Positions 56,901 through 64,000 of a DNA stretch of 64,000 nucleotides are shown here, in pieces (the stretch's first letter is position 1; every line of letters begins with the position of its first letter). Source of the stretch: Paraspadella gotoi (taxonomy: Eukaryota > Animalia > Chaetognatha); contig CM119269.1 of NCBI GenBank assembly GCA_051294375.1, positions 394,910 through 458,909 of the forward strand, read 5' to 3'. The notes under the pieces are model-generated. The model was not told the origin of the DNA. It searched no databases and saw only the letters and a list, made by a program, of their open reading frames with translations. Position numbers and translations under genes: made by a program.

Positions 56901-57744
56901 GATCGACGACGAGGCGCTGCAAAGGCGACGCCAAACTCAATTAGCAAGCCTAAGGGTGGAAATAGCTCGACTACAACCAACTCCAACATCCGCTCATCAT
57001 CGACCGAACATCCATCTTCCCGCCAACCTGGAGACCGCCCAACACGTCTTCGTCAGAAGGGCCGGAGTCCATCCGCCTCTTGTGCCTCCATATGAAGGAC
57101 CTTATAGAGTCGTGAATCGAAACGGTCTAAACTTCACAATCGAAATCCCAAGCAAAGGACGAGAGATAATCAACGTCGCCCGCGTCAAACCGGCGTGGAC
57201 GAGCGACGAGGCGTTGGAGATCGAAACAGGGCATCCTCAGCGACGTCAACCAGGACGCCAGCCAGGCCTGAGGACGAGAGAAGCACCTACTTCAACTCGA
57301 GTTACCCGCTCATCGAATCAACGCGCAGCGTCGCCAGATCCGATCGTTTCTCCTACTCCTCCTCCTCCTCCTCCTCCTCCTCCCCCTCCTCCTCCTCCTC
57401 TGTCCCCTCCCCAACTGCCCCACCTTCCCCCCAACCCTCCCATGCCCGCTCAACGCTTTTTGCTCCCATCTTCTCCCTCCTTTTCGCTTCCACGCAAGAC
57501 GAGTCCGCCACATCGAAGCGAAAGAGAAGATAACAACAACAACAACAACGAAATCCAGCAAAATGAGCCAACGACGGAACGATTCTCAAGGCCATCTCCC
57601 GGCGACTTCTCGAGTAGACTACCGAATAAAAATCGCCCAGCCTACGCCGTCGTACTAAAGGAAATGTTACTTAGACAAAAAACACAAAACAATAACAACA
57701 ACAACAAACCGACAAAAAACAATAAAACCCCACTGTCGGCCTAA
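53851..57744 (+). CDS. pol: Pol (protease, RT, RNase H, integrase)
   Basis: LVDGGA protease, FSKIDLLKGYHQI and YLDD RT, TDAS RNase H, HxxxH...CxxC and DRG...NGLVE integrase, PYEGPY module; Gypsy domain order. Confidence 0.96.
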   Translation: MFQVRRPAAQTRGKRQRGAPSVNAVPQATRSPAPSDLLYIRDSGDRTKWLVDGGALLSIVPPTKEQRQGGPDPKLKLQAANGSPISCFGTIDKEVQLGNRKFNYQFVIADVKQHILGADFLAENFLAPNHRDGLLLDLRDYSTIAASTASTASETTAHVNFVDRQGEKYYKLLDAFPSLSTPTFELKEPRHGVTHSIPTEGRPCQSRARRLDAEKLAVAKKELEKMVSLGIAQRGKSEWSSPLHVVSKPDGGWRCCGDYRRLNSQTIDDKYPVKLLTDFNAQLEGKTIFSKIDLLKGYHQIPVNPDDVKKTAVITPFGLYVFPRCPFGLKNAGQDFQRLMDQILGDIPHTFVYLDDILVASSTPEEHLQDLENVFRALDANGLVVNTKKCLLGQESLEFLGFLVDKNGVRPLPERVQTLRETTRPTTIKELQRFLGMINYYRRFIPRVAHRCSALYEALSGKPKALEWTPECEKAFEAIKEGLIQAALLHHPRTGAQLCITTDASDQAVGAVLEQRGPKGWEPLAFFSTKLAKNQKLWPPFDKELFGAFKAVRHFRHWVEGRAFTIYTDHQSLVSAIKKKAEPQTVRQSYQLSVIAEYTTDIRYLKGKANVVADALSRPNATTEKTASKTASTAQKTTSPAAAAAPAAAAAASAPAAAADAAAAHISTIDSTSSPTATPTQPLNSSIESAQATEIPLGPTTLNSNDRQIKANRLEDARAMIASMTSYEIDFEQMASEQSLDPDYQRIAEDARSGLTFRKIRVGDRDLLADISNGPARPFVPLSWRRKVFDIIHGLGHPGVEATRKAITSKFVWTNMKQDISKWARDCLDCQRAKITRHTVPEIGEFRIPPKRFQHINLDLVKMPSSNGFSHLLTVVDRFSRWPTAIPIVNTLTSTILDALSLEWISVFGTPAIITTDRGTQFNSALWRQLTKQWGIKHQTTTAYHPQANGLVERFHRRLKESLMALARENKEQWFWKLPMTLLAIRTTIKEDIGASAADMVFGEGISVPGCVVDNAQIDDEALQRRRQTQLASLRVEIARLQPTPTSAHHRPNIHLPANLETAQHVFVRRAGVHPPLVPPYEGPYRVVNRNGLNFTIEIPSKGREIINVARVKPAWTSDEALEIETGHPQRRQPGRQPGLRTREAPTSTRVTRSSNQRAASPDPIVSPTPPPPPPPPPPPPPPLSPPQLPHLPPNPPMPAQRFLLPSSPSFSLPRKTSPPHRSEREDNNNNNNEIQQNEPTTERFSRPSPGDFSSRLPNKNRPAYAVVLKEMLLRQKTQNNNNNNKPTKNNKTPLSA
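53887..53946 (+). promoter_or_regulatory. Putative -1 ribosomal frameshift signal
   Basis: G GGA AAC heptamer in the gag phase (53887-53893), a short spacer, stem gggg-ggcg/cgcc-gt-cccc, and loop cggtga complementary to tcaccg at 53941-53946. pol is in the -1 frame. Confidence 0.75.
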
Positions 57745-59181
57745 TTGGCAGCCGAAGCCTCTTCCTCCGAGCGTCCACGGTCTTCCTCCCGCCAGCTTCG
57801 ACTGCCAATGTACAAATTACCCACGAAGATTAGTAAATTTTTTCAATTTTAGTAGTTTTTGCAATTTATGATTGTTATGGATTTGTTGTTATGGAAACGA
57901 GCGAGATGGAAATATTTTACAACCTGTTTAAACCGGTCTTTTTGCGACCTAAATTTTGTATATAGAGATATATATTGATTTTAATTTTTCAACATTCGTT
58001 CAGTCACACAGATGGACGACAACAAATATTTGTAGTAATGTAAATACCTTATATTACGACAGGGGGGGATGCGGCCAATGAGTGAGATATTTCAAATTAG
58101 AACAAACTCAATCCAACCGGGATTCGATCCTTCGACTCAGGGTTCTGGCAAGCGTCAAGCCTAAGCTATCGGCCAACCAGGCCGGCCTGCAAATCCCGGT
58201 TTATTATTATCCTTTAAAACTTAATTTAGATTCGAAGCCTTTGTTTTGTTTTGATTCAGCTAACAAAAACCAGGAGTCTTACCGCCTTTTCAATCATATG
58301 TTTTTAACTGTTTTCCTCAGAGAAAACAAAACGTTTTGATTCAGTCTTGTTTTCGAATCTGAATAAATAAACAATGTCAAACTTTTATTCACTTGTTTTT
58401 TACTTCTTCTCAACAATGTAAATACTACATTATGAAACTGAGAAATAAAGTTTTTATCTTCAATGAATTAATCTCAATTCTAAAATGAATCAATTCAACA
58501 TCGAATGAATTAATCTCTGATGAACAAACGAAGTAAACAAATAAAGTAAACAAACTTTTATCTTCGAAGTCACGTNNNNNNNNNNNNNNNNNNNNNNNNN
58601 NNNNNNNNNNNNNNNNNNNNNNNNNNNNNNNNNNNNNNNNNNNNNNNNNNNNNNNNNNNNNNNNNNNNNNNNNNNCACGAGGTCTCGTGTTCCTTCCCAG
58701 GCTCCACGTTGATGACATTTTCACTATATTTAACAAGTGTAGAAAGAATTTTATTAATGATCTATTTGTCAAAAAACACTGTACTCAAAGGAATAGTTTT
58801 TTTTCTACTATTTAATTAATTATTCTATTTTTTTGGGGGGGGTTTCTAGACCTAGTCCTGATTGATGTTAATGACTGAATCAACCATGTTGAATTCGAAA
58901 TAAAATGCATATTTTAGTTTGATTTAAAATTAAATTTGTTATTAAGTTTAATAATTAGGTTTAAGGTGAGTAATAAAGTTTAGGTTAAGGATTAGAATTA
59001 GAGATTAGAGTTAAAGTTGGATTAAAGTTTTTGTTTTAAATTAGAGTTAGTGATTAGATTAGGTTTTGGAAATAGGTTTAAAAATTAAATAAAATATTTT
59101 TTTCAATTATGTTTTAATATTAAATTTAAGAACAGAAATGAGGCGCTTTTTAAAAATAATGCCATTATTTTTTTTTTTTTT

Positions 59182-59511
59182 TTAACTTTTTAATTTCCGT
59201 TGATCTAAAAAAGAATCGATTGCTACGGGGATGGAACCAAGACCCAATAAGTGAGACGCAATGACCAGTGCGAATCGCCAAGGCGTTCCTGTCAGCCAAG
59301 GGAACAATCTCCTATCGCGCCAAATTGCAGTCAATCCATACAGAGAAGAAACGAAGCAATGAAGGCAAATGGACGAGAACAGAATCCCGCCGATAATTTG
59401 AAATATTTTTACTTTAGATGTCAGAAAATCAATTGTCAATTTTATGTCTGATCCGCTGTCAAACAAGTTTAACAAGACGTTTAAGACCAATAAAATGGCT
59501 GACAAATCCAT
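59182..59511 (-). CDS. Membrane-protein fragment, possibly an XK-related N-terminus
   Basis: LNLFDSGSDIKLTIDF resembles the XK-family TM1 DxxxD motif. Three hydrophobic segments. The ORF ends in an A-run with no donor, so it may be truncated or a pseudogene. Confidence 0.4.
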   Translation of the reverse strand: MDLSAILLVLNVLLNLFDSGSDIKLTIDFLTSKVKIFQIIGGILFSSICLHCFVSSLYGLTAIWRDRRLFPWLTGTPWRFALVIASHLLGLGSIPVAIDSFLDQRKLKS

Positions 59512-61143
59512 TTTTGATTTAAAAAAAAAGAAATGGTTCTTTGACGAAGAGATGACGTCAATGTTTGGCTTTTTTAGAGTTTCATCAGCGATGTTAGGAT
59601 GGGATAGAAATAAAAAAATTGATAAAAAAAAAAATACAAGCAGTTTCTATTCATTAATAAATATTTTGGTATTATTTCTGCAAATATTCCTGATGAATAT
59701 TGACCATATCATGGCATGAAGGCATGGAGATTGGAGAAGGCATGGATACAAAAACATGAAACATGAGCGAAAGTGAATTGGTGAATGGTTATCACAATCA
59801 AGACAAAATAAGAATCTATTTAAAGATATAAACCCCCAAAAAAATCGAAATGAGCCAACTCTACTCTTAATTTTAAAATGTGATTGAATTAAAATAGATT
59901 ATTTTTCTTTCGGTTTTGTTCTTCTGAAAAAGAAAATGTTTTAGTTTTTTCCTCATTCCTTCCAAAAACAAAAAAATAAAAACTTCGGAACGAATGGAAA
60001 GAAAATTGAATTTTCTCTGAGTCAATGTATATATGGAAAAGAAGATCCTTTTTTGGGTTTCAGATCTAAATATATATTTTGATTTAATGAAAAACAAAAT
60101 ATTATACAAAACAGGGTCTATATTTTAATAACTAAAAATTAATTATCACGTTTAAACATGAACTGATTCTTTTTATACAATTCTAGAGGAAAGGAAAGAA
60201 TTTTTGAAAATCTTTGAGTGGAATCCTAATCTGTGATTCATTCAAGTTGCGATGTCGCCGGAGGTTCACGCAAGAGTCGCCGGTGTGGTTCTAATTGGTT
60301 GGCGACCTCGCCAGGGCCCCCGCGGTGTCTCCAGTACCCTCACTGGCGACCAGTATAAAATATAAAAGTAGCGAATAAGACGAAAGGCGGGAGTGAGAGG
60401 AGACGCTCGCGACTGACTTTGAGGCACGGGGATGAACGCCTTCGGCCTCGGCCTCCGTGACCAGGGGCGGCGAGAGGGGGGGTTTCATTCGCCTCAGGCG
60501 GAGGGCCCGGGCCCGGGATGGCCCTGAGAAGAGAGATAAAAAGTAGGAAAGAAAGGAGAAAAATGAAGAAAAAAAGAAAAGAAGAAAAAAAAAGGAGAAA
60601 AAAGAAGAGGAGGCAGAAGTTTGAGCACTGGAACGATTCTCAAAGCAGAAAGTCGGTAATCGAAAACTAAAAACTGTTCTCCCGCAAAATGCTCCCGGTA
60701 ACCTCGCACAAACTACCTAAATTACTACGAGAGCACGGACAGGGGGCGGGCCAGGGAGCCAGTGGGGGGAGCTTCCCCCGGCATGCGACATCGAACAACC
60801 CTAACCCAAGACCGGGCCCTAATATAGACAAATATTAGAATTTTTTTATATTAAACGACAGCTTGAACAGAGGAGAGTNNNNNNNNNNNNNNNNNNNNNN
60901 NNNNNNNNNNNNNNNNNNNNNNNNNNNNNNNNNNNNNNNNNNNNNNNNNNNNNNNNNNNNNNNNNNNNNNNNNNNNNNNNNNNNNNNNNNNNNNNNNNNN
61001 NNNNNNNNNNNNNNNNNNNNNNNNNNNNNNNNNNNNNNNNNNNNNNNNNNNNNNNNNNNNNNNNNNNNNNNNNNNNNNNNNNNNNNNNNNNNNNNNNNNN
61101 NNNATTTTTAGTTCAAATTCTGTTGGCATTTATGTATTTATCT

Positions 61144-61351
61144 TATGGTGGACTAAAATCCACCAACTGTTCGTCAGCGGCCATTGGTGCCGGAGGCAAG
61201 TCATTAACCCAAAGGTCCGGGGTTCTAGCCCGGTGGTCGTCTGGCAGTTAACACGCCTGTAACATGGTGTTACAGCCTGATCCGAAGCTCAGGGACTGCT
61301 TATATTGAACGGTTCTGTCACTAACACATAATAATAATTACTGTCTCTTCA
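61144..61351 (+). mobile_element. tRNA-twister solo-LTR-like element, copy D (internally deleted)
   Basis: 4-bp TSD ATCT. Lacks the segment between two TTAA (catalytic GA, T1', P1) and part of the anticodon arm. Confidence 0.9.
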
Positions 61352-64000
61352 ATCTGTATCTTTTGAGCTTAAAGAGATTTTGCATTAATTTTGCTACATA
61401 ACATTCAGGAAGTAATGACCTCGAAAGAGAAGCTATAAAAAAAATAAATAATCAATTGTAACATTTTTTTTCGACTGAATATTTTTTTCTCTGAGGCTAC
61501 ATTGCGTCTTAAACTCATTTCATCTTGTACTGTTTCATCGAAANNNNNNNNNNNNNNNNNNNNNNNNNNNNNNNNNNNNNNNNNNNNNNNNNNNNNNNNN
61601 NNNNNNNNNNNNNNNNNNNNNNNNNNNNNNNNNNNNNNNNNNNNNNNNNNNNNNNNNNNNNNNNNNNNNNNCAAGTAATTGGTGATTAAAGCTAAGGTGG
61701 GACGGACAGACAGACGGACTAAAAATAAAATGGTGTATTGTTAGCGGTAGCCGACCAAATTCAAATTTTAATGGGAACAGCATTAAACTAATCCATTATT
61801 GGTATTAATTATTGTGTTAAAATATATTTTTGCAAAAATGTTCCGAACCATGAGTAATTCGCTAATTTATAATGTCAAAAATTTTGGGGGGATATTTTAA
61901 GTTTTTTTAATTGATTCTGATAGAGCTTAAAAAGTTAAGCAAAAAATATAATTACAACTTTTTAAAATTTTGATGTCTTATTACTAAAAATTAGTAAAAA
62001 CTGCTAAAATCATCGGATGATGATGATGATGATGATTTTTTAAGGTTTTTCTCAATTTAAACCCACTTATCATCAAAATATTGAAAAAAGAATTGTACTT
62101 TGATTAGATAACTTTTCATAAGCTATTTGAATCTGCTTTTAAAANNNNNNNNNNNNNNNNNNNNNNNNNNNNNNNNNNNNNNNNNNNNNNNNNNNNNNNN
62201 NNNNNNNNNNNNNNNNNNNNNNNNNNNNNNNNNNNNNNNNNNNNAGAGAGAAGATTTGAGCTTTTGAAATAATAAAAATAAAAGACTAAAAATATTTGGT
62301 AAGTTTAATTTTTAAAATGTTTATGTTTTATAAAAAGTTAGTTAACTATATTTATTCGATAATTATGAAGTAAAAATTGGGTAAAGTTAAATAAAAAATA
62401 TTTCAAAAAATGTATTTTCGAATGGATATTGGCATGTCTTTTGGAAAAAGTTGATATACAGAAAACTTAATTTTTTATATCAATTACTGTTTATTGCGTA
62501 AAATCAGAAACTATAATTTGAGGCAAATTCGAAAATTTAAACAAATTACATAGCTTCTTTTAAATTTTTAATAAACCTACTTAATGAAAGTTTTTTTAAA
62601 ATGATTATACTTCATAATAAACTAACTTTTTTGTAAGGAATTCCAAATCCGGTTTTTAAAAATTTTAAAATTTATTTTTTACACGTTTAGCTTGATTTCC
62701 ATTATTTATTAATTATAATAAATAAGCTAACAAACTACTTAATAAAAATAAAATTTGTAAATAACTTACCCAAATAATTATATTGGGATCTTGTATTTCC
62801 ATATTATTGCTTGAAGCTTGAAAATATGCTTTTTATAAAATCTAATAATTTGAGTTTCTTAACTACTCTCAGCAAGTTGCTCGCCATTTAAATTAGCACC
62901 TAATATGCCTGCAAAATCGGCCATTTTCCGACACAGAAAGAAGATGAGACTGATACAAAAAAAAAATAATGGTTTCTCAGATCCATTGCGAATTCTAACC
63001 AGGACTGTTCATTAAACTGAAAATAGCTATGTAACCGTCAGCTTTTGAATTCTTGATTTGTTATATTTCGTTATTTTTCAACGCCCTAATATTTATGTAC
63101 CTTCATGTTCATTCATGTTCCTTCATGTTCATCTAATTTGTTTTCTCTTTGTTCCTTAAAAATTACTTTTATTTTTTTTATTTCTCCTATCCTTCTTTCA
63201 CTTTCCTATTTTTCCTATCTCCCTACCTCCATTAAAACTTACCTTTTCCTTTCCTCCCTTTCCTCTTTTTCCTCCCTTTCCTCCCCTCCACTTCCGCCTT
63301 TCAAAGAATAAATGTTTAGTTGTTGTTGTTGTAGTCTGCAATGTCGTCGTCGTCGTCGTCGTCGTCGTTCCGCCGAAAATGACGATTATCCGGCGGCGTA
63401 AACACTTTGAGAAGTTGAATAGAAAATGGTGAGAAAATAGAGAGCGAGAGGAAAGGAGAGAGAGCGAGAGAGAGAGAGAGAATTTCCAAAGCGCGAAAGG
63501 GAATTTGAATGAGAGACTCATTCTCGCTAAGAGTGAGAGGCAAATACGAGACGGAAAAGAGAGAGAGAGAGAGAGACTTACGGTAATTGTACTAGAGACA
63601 TAGAGAGATTCCATCTGAGAAATGGAGCTTTTGAAGTATAAATATTAAACAATTTGTTTAAACAGAAAATGAGGCTCAAAATATTATTTGTTTGCTCAAT
63701 CTGCTAAATCTGCGGATTTTGAAAAGAATTTTTAACATTTGCAAATCCGAAAAAGGGCCAACCAAAAAAAAATTTAGATAAAATCTTAACTCCGCTGCAC
63801 AATTAAAGTTATATTCCAATGAAATTGGTAAAACCGACATAAAAATTATTTATTCATATATTCAATTATGCATAATTTTTGCGCTGATGAAATCCGTTTT
63901 TCATGTCAAATAAATTCGTTGTCTGAAACAAAAATAAAATCGCTCCTTTCCCCCTCCTTCCTCTCCCACTCAAATTCCCCGGCTCTCTCCTCCCTCTTTC

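Larger units (their letters stand above)
51731..58575 (+). mobile_element. Ty3/Gypsy LTR retrotransposon
   Basis: 5' LTR about 51731-52603 (TGCGGCC...CCACA), PBS TGGTGAAACCGACG at 52606, polypurine tract agggggggA at 58061-58069, and 3' LTR from 58070 (TGCGGCC) running into an N gap. Confidence 0.92.

Noticed and set aside
58178-58202. ccgg-cctgcaaatc-ccgg hairpin in the Gypsy LTR as a twister P4
   Set aside because: Loop length is wrong, and no matching UAA-P2-GC or GA-T1' elements could be placed.
58955-59085. Degenerate ttagg tract as the continuation of the telomere-like array past the Gypsy element
   Set aside because: Very degenerate, separated by a gap and unrelated sequence; similar tracts occur elsewhere (about 40030-40140).
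60240-60530. GC-rich island with ATTGG and TATAAAA as a promoter or LTR
   Set aside because: No downstream gene, terminal repeats or TSD could be established next to the assembly gaps.

Overview
AT-rich, intron-rich animal (non-vertebrate-looking) genomic DNA with AG/CT microsatellites and several N gaps. Genes reconstructed by hand across GT-AG introns: the 5' half of cohesin rad21 (-), an intronless SLC25 carrier (-), a USP12/46 deubiquitinase (+), a secreted 3-Kazal inhibitor (+), a four-exon CRH/DH44/ELH-like neuropeptide precursor that the ORF track misses (-), a ~12-finger C2H2 zinc-finger gene (-) and two tandem Rh ammonium transporters (-). Mobile DNA: a Ty3/Gypsy element with intact gag and pol abutting a TTAGGG-like tract, a further LTR plus primer-binding site (PBS), Penelope-type minimal hammerhead remnants and HINE/DINE-1-like repeats. 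The top candidate for a new system is a set of twister-ribozyme-bearing non-coding LTR elements. One is a 746-bp TRIM (4792-5537) with a circularly permuted type-P5 twister in each LTR. The other is a family of four solo-LTR-like copies (4-bp target-site duplications, TSDs) that fuse a tRNA-Gly-like head to a type-P5 twister. In both, P1 is a loopless palindrome, suggesting activation by dimerisation. All structures were read by eye; no searches or folding programs were run.
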